Below, piece by piece: positions 25,297 to 36,214 of a DNA stretch of 64,000 nucleotides. The notes beneath the pieces were generated by a model. It ran no database searches and had not been told where the DNA came from. It was given only the letters and a program-made list of their open reading frames with translations. Every line of letters begins with the position of its first letter. Position 1 is the stretch's first letter. The translations under genes and the position numbers were made by a program. Source of the DNA: Podarcis filfolensis. Taxonomy: Eukaryota. The stretch lies in assembly GCA_964270895.1 (NCBI GenBank), contig OZ185440.1. One strand, given 5' to 3'.

Positions 25297-25656
25297 TAAT
25301 TTGTTTCTCCTGGTTTACTTGGTCAAATCTGTGGCTGCCTCAATCACAGCTATGTCCTCACATATCCTCTTTGATCTACATTACCATATGGTTTTAAGTT
25401 TTGTTTTTTTTTTAAAAAATCCCATTTAACACTATGGTTGTATGTGGATTGGTACTGGGGAAGAGACAACTCATCCAGGGGTGTCTCTGGGATGGGAACA
25501 TGGCTGAGTTAAAAAACTGCACTGAAGTACTTGGCAGAAGAGAACTGTAGGCACACTGCCACATTTTTTACTTCCTAGGCAAAAGCCTAATAAGTGACCA
25601 AATATTCCCCCCGCTTAGACACAGTTTATAGCAATTACAGAGATTTCCACACTCAC

Positions 25657-25748
25657 CAAGTTTTGGTCACAGAGGCCACGGAATTGCTGGAACTTCTGTG
25701 ACATTAGTAATTGTGCACTGCCCACTGCACTGAGGACTTTGCCTAAGA
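25657..25748 (-). CDS. DLGAP4: DLGAP4 coding exon (GKAP homology domain)
   Basis: (V)LGKVLSAVGSAQLLMSQKFQQFRGLCDQNL; 92 nt, phase 1-0; tttctaattcag| and |gtgagt. Confidence 0.95.
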
Positions 25749-26774
25749 CTGAATTAGAAAGGTATATTTTAGAAGATGAAGTGCTTTGGAAAACAGAATA
25801 TATAAGGATATTTGAGGTGAGAGTGGCTCCCTTTGTCCTTCAGATTTATCTTCCTTTCCCTTCAGTAACCAAAGTGTTTTTCATTCGGAGCCATTAATGA
25901 CAAGCCATTAGAAATGACTCATGGCTCCTTTGTGAGGGCATGTTTTGTTAGCCCTTGTTCTACTGCCAACAGCAATACCCTGTACAGCAGCCACCATCGG
26001 GAATGGCAGACAGCCATACTGCTGCCAGTTTCTTTGTTTGTAATACAGTGCTAGTGAAGTCTAGCAGGGATAGCGAGAAGCCTTATTTAATATTCTCCCA
26101 AAGGCCCCTCCATAGCATTTGAGGACACAACGCCATCAAAGAGCCCAAGATCTCTGAGCGCAATTTACCCTCATCACAGATTTGTGAGCAACAGCTTTCT
26201 ATTTGCTAGCCTATCTCCACCTAACACTGACTTCATTTCAGTTTTACCAGGTGCAGTGTTTTAGTTGGTTTTTTTAAGTCACACATAAAAACGTGGAGTT
26301 TTTGAATACATCCCTGATGTGTTCCAAAAAAATGGCGCTGAAGTCCTCTGTCTACCCACTCTTCAGCTACATTTAAAGGTCTCAAGAGAGCACTCTCATT
26401 CAGGCTCCATTTACACTTTAATTTCCTCAGAATAGGGAATGGAGTGACATAGCTAAACGTGATCTCAAGGAAAATTAGATAGCAGATTCTCTCCATAGTA
26501 GCACTGAAAACAATGAAGTGGAAAACACATCGGAAGAAACTATGGATTGTTGCCACTGTCCCTACAATATTGAAGAAAAAAAGAATTCGAACAAGGCTCT
26601 CCACTTCCTTTCTCTACAAGATCCACAGTAAAAAAATACGAAGTGTTCCTTTCAGTAAGTTGCTATTTGGGCCCAGCCTCACACTCATTCATGAACACTG
26701 TGCCAGGAAAAGATTTCACCATTTCAGACTGAAATCTCCTTTACCACCAGAGTCAGTTTATTATCCATACCAAC

Positions 26775-27184
26775 CTTCTTCAGAGAGATTATTCTCTTTG
26801 GTCTCTTGGTCCATCTGACGACACCATCCTTCTAACCTTTCAGTCTCTGCCTGCAGCAGCTTCTGAAACCAATACCCGTCCCTTCGGCAAGCTCCCGGCT
26901 GTGTTGGTTCTGATGGAGTGTTGGTGGATGTTTCAAGCCAGGGGTCCGGAGGAGGAAGAGAGGAAGGCTCTAGGGCTGGGTCATTGCTATCTCCATAGGA
27001 GAGGTTTCTCTTGATCTGGGAGGGCATGGCTGTTTGCCTCGTACTGGCATCAAGGCTGTTGGAGTTGTTGCATGGGGGGCAATCAGCAAGGCTTCTCTCA
27101 GGTGATTTACAGGTAGAGTTGTTCGGTTCTTGTGAATCAGAATCTGTATCCTGCTTGGCTGACATGCTGTGAGAGTGGCTGTTG
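26775..27184 (-). CDS. DLGAP4: DLGAP4 coding exon (contains the internal Met MSAKQDTDS and the start of the GKAP homology domain)
   Basis: NSHSHSMSAKQDTDSDSQE...QIKRNLSYGDSNDPALEPSSLPPPDPWLET...CRRDGYWFQKLLQAETERLEGWCRQMDQETKENNLSEE; 410 nt, phase 2-1; ttctctttgtag| and |gttggt. Confidence 0.95.
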
Positions 27185-27450
27185 CTACAAAGAGAAGGAG
27201 GGAAAGAGAGAGAATCAGAGGAAGCAGCCCTTGGGGAGGGCCGATTCGTTACTTGGCACACAGACACAACGATCTGCATCTGTTCGGGGCACCTGCAGCT
27301 GAGCTGCGTTTCCTTGCCCCGTTCCTCTCTGCACACAGACACACACGCACACATGCAGACAGACAAAATTATAAGGTTGCCTGCTCACTGCAATAGGCCA
27401 TCCAAACAAAAAGACTGGCACACATCTATAATTACATTTCCAGTTCTATT

Positions 27451-27469
27451 TTTATTTTATTTTTTTATT
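27451..27469 (-). terminator. DLGAP4: Cluster of three AATAAA hexamers: candidate intronic polyadenylation site
   Basis: tttatt at 27451-27456, 27456-27461 and 27464-27469; minus-strand downstream element GTGTGCCAGTCTTTTTGTTTGG. Usage is inferred. Confidence 0.45.
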
Positions 27470-27650
27470 CCAGGTTTCCAATGATTCACCTACATTACTA
27501 AGCCAACATGCTACTACTGGGAGAGGTTCTGCAACCCATCAATGCTCAGTGATTTGAGGCAGGAAAAAATAAAGAGGGAACTAAACTATAAAATGGGAAA
27601 CTGCAGCTGGACGAGGTTTTTTTTCAAAAAAGCCTGCGTCTTCCACTTAC

Positions 27651-27742
27651 CGCCACTCGTCCTCTACCTGTACCCCGATGGACTGGAATTTGGTGGCTGA
27701 TGGAGGGGGCTCCTCTTTTGCCACTGGCTGAAGGCAGTCAAC
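27651..27742 (-). CDS. DLGAP4: DLGAP4 coding exon VDCLQPVAKEEPPPSATKFQSIGVQVEDEW(R)
   Basis: Matches mammalian VDCIQPVPKEEPSPATKFQSIGVQVEDDWR; 92 nt, phase 0-2; tttttgttaataag| and |gtaagt. Confidence 0.95.
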
Positions 27743-27832
27743 CTTATTAACAAAAAGATACAAACAAAAAAAACAAAAACACAAAAACTTGCTGCTAGAA
27801 TTCACATTTGAAGGAAGGAGGCATGCACGCAC

Positions 27833-27836
<4 letters not shown>

Positions 27837-27872
<36 letters not shown>
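27837..27872. repeat. (AC)18 microsatellite, read as (UG)18 in DLGAP4 pre-mRNA
   Basis: Seen directly; flanked by three catgca (minus-strand TGCATG) motifs. Confidence 0.95.
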
Positions 27873-27875
<3 letters not shown>

Positions 27876-27899
27876 CACTGGTCATGCAGACACCACACA

Positions 27900-27935
27900 T
27901 CAAAAGGCAGCACATTTTCTTTTCTTCCTTTTTCG
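27900..27935 (-). CDS. DLGAP4: Candidate alternative DLGAP4 C-terminal coding segment RKRKKRKCAAF* (polybasic plus CaaX)
   Basis: Strong acceptor TTTCCCTCCCTCTCTCTCTCCCCATCTCCATAG| then CGA AAA AGG AAG AAA AGA AAA TGT GCT GCC TTT TGA; phase 0 matches the upstream donor at 30858. No transcript evidence. Confidence 0.55.
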   Translation of the reverse strand, partial: RKRKKRKCAAF

Positions 27936-30858
27936 CTATGGAGATGGGGAGAGAGAGAGGGAGGGAAACGAGGCTGCTGGCACCATAAACCAGGCCATTG
28001 CCATCCTATCTAAAGCTAATTTCAAGGCTGTTGCCATTCGCAGTAGATTTTTGTTTAGTAAGGGATTTTTAACTGAATAGTTATGCATCTGTGATGTGAA
28101 ATTTTAAACTGCTTTAAATTTTTTAAAATAAATTCTTATACTTTCTTGGTGAGATGATCCTAGAGGGAAGTTTAGAAGCACTGGGATGGGGCAAAACAGA
28201 ACTCTGAATAGGAATATTGGCTTTATTACACAGTTATTTGTTTATTCATACCCTGCCTTCTTCCCTGATGGAACTCAAGGCAGCTTATGGATAAAAACAA
28301 GAACCACTAATGTTCTTGTATAGATGCCAGGTGAACTTGCTATAAGAAGGCACGAAGATGCCATATTTATCCTATCCTTCTGTTGCATATTATTTAGACT
28401 GTTTTAAGTGGCTGGAGTATAATAAAGGAAAGGTTTCAATATTTTGATATTATACTTACAGCTGCTCTTAAAAGGACATTTTAAAGATAGCATTTCTCTG
28501 TAATTCCCCATCTATTCACCAAGTATTTGGGAATGGGATGGGAAAAAACAAGCAACCCAGAGGGAACACAAGTTATTGCTTGCATAAAGAAGAATCAATG
28601 TCAAGGTAGAACTGATGTAGACCTCAGCAATGCAACGATTTATAGCTCCGCTTAAAGAGCTTTTGGTGAAGGCGAAGTGATTGCATCAAAGCTCCCAGCA
28701 GGCAAAGCAATGCAAATAAAGTGTGAAAAAGACAGTATAGCACAGACTGGTGTTATGCCTTGTAGGCGGAGATAACTTCCTAGCTTCAAAGATGCCAGCA
28801 GCTTTAGCCAATATGAATTTGCATAACCTTTGGCTATCTTAATGCAACACAGTTTTCCTTTAGTGCTTATATTTGTGCCAGTGCACTTCTAGGAGCACAA
28901 AACTGTATTCCCATGTGCACTGTAATAGGCAGAGGGCAGGATAGAGAGGAGAGTTGGTACAGTATATCTCAGAGGGATGTGACTGATGCAGGATAGAGGA
29001 AGTACACAGTTTCAAGCTTCCAACGTGAAATGTGAAGAAAAGGTGCAGGTAACTAATAACAATGGTGGAGTGTTTTACAGAGTGTGGGAAAGAAGCAACT
29101 TTGCTAGAGCCCTGTTGTAAAGAACTACACAAGTGCTTCTGCAGTTGTGATTCAGCAATTGTACTATTACATAAGCTATTTTAAATTATCCGTTAAAAAG
29201 CCAACTAAGTGTTAACATAAAATGGAGTGGGGACATAGGACAGTTCTATTATGTCCAATGGGTGCCTGTGATACCAGTATCTTCACAAGCAACATCTCAG
29301 TAACTTCACAACAGAAGCACTAACTTGTCTTTCTGCTGCTAGATTTGGTGAAATGTCATCGATTTGTGGAGTTGGAAGGGCCCCTGTGGATCATCTAGCC
29401 TAACCCTCTGCAATGCAGCAATATCCAGCTGTCCCGTACAGGGACTGAACCTGTGTTTTCATTCACTGTTGTTTCATGCTTGCGTTTTAATATTTGCTTT
29501 TTTATTTTAATACTATTGTTAACCTTCTCTTGAAGGCTCCTTTTAGGTGGATGAAGCAGGGTACAAATTATCTCATGAATAAATAAGCCTGGAGGTAATG
29601 TGCCTGGATCCTTTGGAACAAGTGAACAACTGTATGCTTTCTCTGCTTTAAGAAGCATCTACTCTATGGGAAACGTATTTTAAAAAGAATACTCTTTCCT
29701 CCTGTAATGAGACATGCACAAACTGTGTTTTCAGCCTCTGCTTATAACGTTTCCATTTACCCTGGACGTTTCTAACATGTCGCTGGCCACTGTGTAATTC
29801 TGCCAGATCTGTTTTATTTGTATTTTTTGCTGTGTAAGATTTCATATTTGTATCTTGTTGTACACTGCTATAGTTGTTGTTTTATTTATTAAGCAGTTGA
29901 TAAATATTCTGAATAAATAAGTTGGGTAGTCTAGAAATACTCATAGTTCGAAGACCAACACACAAAAGGTTTTGTGCAGTAAAGAACATGTATTTGTCGA
30001 AGTTAATCTGTTCCTGCTAACAACAATTGGATTTGCACTCAGGTACTTTCTTACTTGGGTGAGCACAAGTCTTTGGCTCAGCATGGGAAGCAACTGCAAA
30101 GCTTCCAGTAAGGAAGGAATGCATAGCTGTTCTGGAAATCTGACAGCAGAAGGCAGAACATTACTTATTATTTAAATGTTCCCCAAAGTAGCTTTCTTTT
30201 CTGCATCATGTACAGCAGTGCATGCATTCCTGACCTTTAACAATGCCATTAGATTCCCTGTGAATTTACAGGAAATCCAGGAACCAAAGAATCATTATTT
30301 GACAGAAAGCCAATGAAAATGTATGTTTAAGTACTTAGTATGCCACTTCCACAATATTTGAACTTGCATGTGTTTTTGCAGAATTCTGCAGTCAGAACAT
30401 CTGCCATGCAAAAGTCGAAATCTTACTGACTAACAGCCAAGGTTTACTACACTGTGTGTGGCATATAGGAAATTGATTTTTCTTAACAAGGTAAACTTCT
30501 CTTGATTTAGAACTGAGTCGATTCAATTGCACAATGCACGTCTTAGGATAGGGCTGAACCCTGTGATTCTTTAGCATGTCTGCCCTGTAAACACCTCTCT
30601 CTTATGGGCGTCAACAAGTGGACTCGGGGTGCTACCAATACGTGGGGGTTATCAAAGAAGAATTTCCCTACAGGCCTGTTCGCTATATATGCCTTGATTG
30701 ATTTCTTCTCAAGTGCCCCTGGACTTTTATAAAGTCAAAGTTCAGCAGAGGCACACCAAGCGGGCACAGATGCCAGAGCAGTGAAACAAGGATGCACATG
30801 TAAAAATGGTTACATTAAGAACATCTTCTAGTGCTAATGAGAACAAACAATTCCATAC

Positions 30859-31220
30859 TTGTATTCCTATAGATGACAGCTTCCTTTTGGGGATATTCTC
30901 CACCTTTGGCTCCTCACTTGTCAGGGTCCCCTTGTCGCTCTTCAAGGTTGCATTTTTCTGGGGTAACTCGGGAGGCTCCCTGGCTGGAGGCACAATGCTC
31001 CCTCTTGTCACGCTGGGTGGTCTGGTGCTGTCTAAGCTATCCGAGGAATTGCTCAGTCCCGACTGGCTGTTGACCTCGCTCTTGTGGTCCTGGTTGTCCA
31101 GGTAGTTGTCTTGTGCCGATTCAGTGCTGCTCTGCACGGTGACAGAGATGAACGGCTTTGAGGTGGTCCGAGGTGGGACTGGTGGCGGTGTCTTTTTATA
31201 GCCCACTAGGCATGCCGAAC
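30859..31220 (-). CDS. DLGAP4: DLGAP4 coding exon (proline-rich; common entry exon for long and short isoforms)
   Basis: (G)SACLVGYKKTPPPVPPRTTSKPFISVTVQSSTESAQD...KRKLSSIGIQ matches human SSCLVAYKKTPPPVPPRTT...; 362 nt, phase 1-0; ...gctgtcgcag| and |gtatgg. Confidence 0.96.
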
Positions 31221-34200
31221 CTGCGACAGCGGCAGCGAGAAAGTGTGGAGGGAGAGAAGAGAAGCAGAAGATGGAAGAGAAAGCAGCAAAAACCCAGTGA
31301 GTTGAGAGGAAAAGCAAATTGGTAACAATGTTTAGAGAAGCTAACAAGCATAGATGCAGAATAGGTCAGCCTATGCACGGAGCAGCCCAAAGCACATTAA
31401 TAGCCAGCACTACCCTGCTGTGAAATTCAAGAGGAACACCATAACACAGACTGGAAGATAATGGAAAAAGTGAGGAAGAACCCTCCAAAAAGCTATAAAG
31501 CAAGCCACACTTGAAAGGGGCTACACAGTAGTGGGGTGGAAGCCTGCAATTTTGCTTTATATAGAAGGTCCTGATAAAACCACCTCTTGGTGTTTGAACC
31601 CATCAGTGGAAAGTTTCAGTATCTTGACCAACCTGGTACTTGGACCTAGAAAATGAGAAATGCCACAGAAAGATGCTGTGAGACACCAGCCATGCTCACT
31701 TTTGTTGAAAAACAGTATTTTTGAGAAATAAAGCTCCAGGCTTACTAATAGCCACTCAAATTCTGGAGCTAGAACAACAGGGCATTCCACAACTTTCTTG
31801 ATGTGGAACTTAAACTTCATAAAATAAACTTGCCATATAGTTTCAGTAAATAACGAAGCATTTTGTAGCAGCTTAAAGACAAAAGAGCCTAATTGTGTGA
31901 GCGGAATGACTTCCATTTACTCAATGGGACTTTCCTCCCTCTCCTCCCTCCTGCATGCTGTTACGAAAAAGGAGCAATGCCGCTGAGTGCTCCAGATGGC
32001 TGGAAAGCCAAACAGGATGTTTATGTTATGGGACTGTACCGTGGGAACCAGGGACAGTCTATTATGTGCTCTGAGCACCGGATGTTAGCTCAGAGTGTCA
32101 CATGACCCTGTACTGGAAGTACATGGGTGGAGTTATTCTCTCTCTGCATGACCTTCTCAAATTTGCTCCAGAGGGTTGAGGGAACCTTTAAAACAGATTT
32201 AGGGGGCACATGGGTGAAGAGAGGGGGTGAAGCGTCCATTGTGCAAGGAGAAACCCTTTCAGTGATGGAAAGCTCACCACAGAGCTACAATGAATGCAAC
32301 TCGAAGCCATTTTGATGAGGCCCAAGCTTTTGTGGGCTGGAGTCAACTTCGTCAGGTGCCAGCTTTCTTTAGCAGTAACTACAGAATCTCTGGTATATAC
32401 AGCTGATGAAGTGGATTATAGTTCTTGAAAGCTTATACTTAAAAAAATTCCTAGTTTGAAGGTGTCACAATAATTCATTTTTTTTTCTATAAAAAGGCAG
32501 CTCCTGTCGGAACGCGATCTCCCAAATAAGATGGACTTAAAAATAAATAAATAAATAAAGCAAGCAAGCCACCGACACATCCATATTCAGCCAATTTTAC
32601 ATGGACCTGGATCTAAGCTAACTGAAAAGTGATGCACACGTGCTGAAACTTGAGAGTTTAGTGCATACTTGTGGGTGGGTGTCGCTGCAAGAGCTTATAA
32701 AGTGGATTCCAACTTCCTTTGGCAACAGCTACGGAATAGTTGGCATATAAAGTTAAGCTAACAATAAAAGTCTTTACTCCTATCTAGGGACTATATTAAA
32801 ATTACCTATATATTTTAAGCATGAAAACCTGTTTTTATTGTGAACCAGCTTCTTTTATTTTAAAATTTTATGGTTTCAAATATGTCTTTTGTATATTTTA
32901 AACAGGCTATGTGTATTTGAAATTATTTTAATCTTACTTTGTAAGTCAGCTCAAGCATTTTATATAGAAAAATGTAGGATAAGCTACTGTTTTGCTTGTT
33001 TACTTCACAACTCTTCAGCCACTCAGTGGCCAACTCATTATGTATAATTATGTCTGAAGGCAGCTAACCTATGGTTTTTGTTGTTGCTGACTTGTTTCAA
33101 TAAGCCACAGTTAAGATTAACCATAGTTTTTCCAGGTTCAGACGTAAGGCTAAACTATGATCAGATGAAAATAGTTTCCTTCTTTGGCTACACTGGAGAA
33201 AAAATAGGAGAGGCGGATCATTCAAGCACAAGCCTTGCCTTTTCAACAATAGCCCATAATTTATCATTATGTCCAAACACAACCTCCTAATCCAGTTGAT
33301 ATGAAATACTAGCCCCAAAGACAGAGATGAATAAAAGGAGAACATACTTGATATTGTTTGTAAGAAAGGTTTGAGTGTAGGCAGTTGTACACTCTGTGCT
33401 TCAGTCCACTGAACTATGTGCATTGCATCCTGATTCTCCCTCTTAACAGTTAATTAAAGCAGTCAGTGCTGACAGAAACAGAGTCAAAACAGGACTACAG
33501 AGAAACAAGAGGGAGTAAACTGTATACCTGGGGGAACCCCAAGACATACATTAAATTTATTGACCAATTCTGCCCCCACCCAAAGCCAGTCCAATGAGCA
33601 TGCTCAGTAGCCACAGAATGTTACACGTGTCCGTTGTAAAAGCAAAGGTGGAAAGGAAAGAACAGAATTATTTGCTGGGTGCAGCCATGGCTGCCCAGAA
33701 GGAGTTCTGAACAGGACACACCTGTGAAAAGAACACACACTGCAATATTTTGTTGCAGGCCACACCTATTTGAAGCCCTCATCTTTTCCCTGGTCTGTTT
33801 TCAGCATTCATTAAAAAGTGACCTTGCATTACTCAAAGGGCACTTATTACAAGGACTTTCCCAGGCAGATTACATAATGAATACTGATTTTCCTCCTCAT
33901 AATTAACTCTGAATAAATACTGTTTGTGAATGGTATTGAATATAAACTAGAAGAGGAGGAGGGAAATACACCTCAAAAAGGAATTCTCACATTGGAAAAT
34001 GGCTTTTGATAGTTTTGTTATGGATGTAAAGCATACACAACTCATCTGCATTGGAAATATTTCTCCTTCCTGGGATGTTAACATAAATAGCCTCCCAATC
34101 ATTCCTGCTCTTTAAGCCCCAAATGAGCACCTAAAGAGGAAAAATACTAAAATTAGGAAGCCAGAAGTGATTGCCCTTCCTCTCCTCACAGAGCCATCTA

Positions 34201-36195
34201 TCTATTCCTCAGAATAATCTGCTTCAGAGCCCCAGAGGACATGAGGCCACAAACCTGTGACAGAACAGCAAGAAAAGCATCTCAAACTTTTCATCAAAAC
34301 ATTAATGTCTAGCAAGTGTTTAGCTCAATACACAAGAGTCTGGTAAAATATGGTGTTCAAACTGAAGCCTCGGAAATAATCACCCCTACAGTTTGTACAT
34401 ACATACATACAGTTTGTTCATACCATACTAATTAGTTTTATTTGTTAGCTATTCTCTAGCATTTAGTAGCTCAGAGGAGCACCTGTCTTATCCTCTATTT
34501 CATCTCTAAGTTCCAGAAGGTATCACCACAAGAAGTCAGTTATTGAGTAAACCTTTGGTCTACTGCATGCAGTAACAGTCCATCTAGCTTTCTTTTGGGT
34601 AGCGGCATTCCAACTTCTTAGGTAAAGGTCATGTGGAGTCTTCCTACCCAATATCCAGGAGCTGGAGCTGCAGCATCAAACCTGGGATATTTTGCATGCA
34701 AAGCAGGTGATCTATTTTGCAATATGAAGTGTACTTTTAGCTGACAAGAACTGGGTGAAACATTACAGGCTCATGGGACGTTTAAAACTCACAGATTTCC
34801 TTCATCAGCACTTGGGGCCATAATGTCAGAAGCTACAGACATGAAGAATTAGTAATTCTGAATTCTTACTTTCTCTTAAGTTTAGACAAGCACAACACTA
34901 GACTTATTCCAGTCAAATGAAATTTCTTTTAAACCTATATAAACAGGTTGCTTACTTTTGATATATATGCTGCTTAGCTATCTGTCATTTTTCTGGCAAC
35001 AGCTATTTTCAGAAAATAGCATTTCAGAAGTTGGTACCATCTATTTCGATTAATTATTTCCAGGCATTCTTGGTTGCCTCCAGTCTTGGCCAACATTCAA
35101 AAGCTTGCTGGCAGCTGGCCAAGATTATTTGAATTTGTGTGTGAAGATGTTAAAAAAATGGTTTAATCTTTAAATAGCAGCGACTTCATATTAAACAAGT
35201 CAGCACAAGAATGCAGAACTAGTATGTATGTACCACACACCTTTTTTAAACAACAACCATAACCAAAGTTATATTTGCACGGTTATTTTTTGAAGTGTTT
35301 TACTGTAGCAGAGAACAAACTGGCAGTAGAACTTGACTTTAAATCTAAAAGACTCGTTTGTTGCAAAGCATGGCAAGAACAATGCTGCAGAGAAAGAAAT
35401 GGGCTTTTTATCTGGAGCCAAGAGCATCAGTCAGCTTATTGAGGAACATTTGTTTACTTGGGCAAGAACTCAGTCACTCACAATCCAGGAAGACAGACAC
35501 AGTTATGTGTGATGCTCAGTGCAATGAATGAACAAATAAGGAACCATAATTGTTTCAAAACAATTGCTGATTTGCATTATTCTGTTCTACCCAGTATCAC
35601 AAACCCTTTGAGTTTGTAATGGTGGATCACCAATATATTAAAAAGTAGAATACCTGCGTTTTAAACCAATCTAGTCCCATGGTGGAAGTGGGATAAAATC
35701 AATACATGGTTGACTATTCCAGCATTATTGGATGATTAATTATGATACCAGTTGAGTTCACTAGGTAGTGTCTACACTCTCATCCTTTATAAAGGAGGGA
35801 TAGATACATGTTGCAAATGGGGGAAAGAGGAATTCAAAAAGAGCAATCCAAATAACCATAGGGATAGATTAATAGTTTAATCTTAAGCAGTCACCATCAC
35901 ACACAAAATGCAAACCAAGAAAGCACAAGCTACTCATTACTCCTGTGTAGTATGTAGAATGATAACATGGACATCTTGCAAAAGCTAATTTACTGATATC
36001 TCCTAACAGCAGTTTGATAACATGCAGTTGACTTTGTAAAATTCCTCAATCCAAAAGGGTATTGCAGTTTGATAATGAACTCTGTATCTTGCATTACACT
36101 TGAGACACAAGAATTTCAAGACATTCTGTCTCCACATGTGCATAGTTTACAAAGCCATGTACTATTTTACACTATTTTACAGAGGACCCACTCAC

Positions 36196-36214
36196 CTCTC
36201 CCCAAAAAGCCACA
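36196..36214 (-). other. DLGAP4: Candidate 19-nt DLGAP4 microexon (CGFLGR+G)
   Basis: GTTTGTTTCCTTTCAG|TGTGGCTTTTTGGGGAGAG|GTGAGT; strong sites; length 3n+1. Confidence 0.4.

Noticed and set aside
30570-30725. CpG-containing intronic patch as a possible orthologue of the human alternative exon ERTRRNGSHLSEDNGPK...
   Set aside because: Only vague similarity (HLRRNQSRH), an early stop in the required frame and no strong splice sites.
30742-30858. Read-through of the 30858 donor gives ...GIQVWNCLF...ARLVCLC*, ending in a Rab-like CXC
   Set aside because: Rab geranylgeranyl transferase needs REP recognition of a Rab fold, it is not a CaaX box, and there is no sign the intron is retained.
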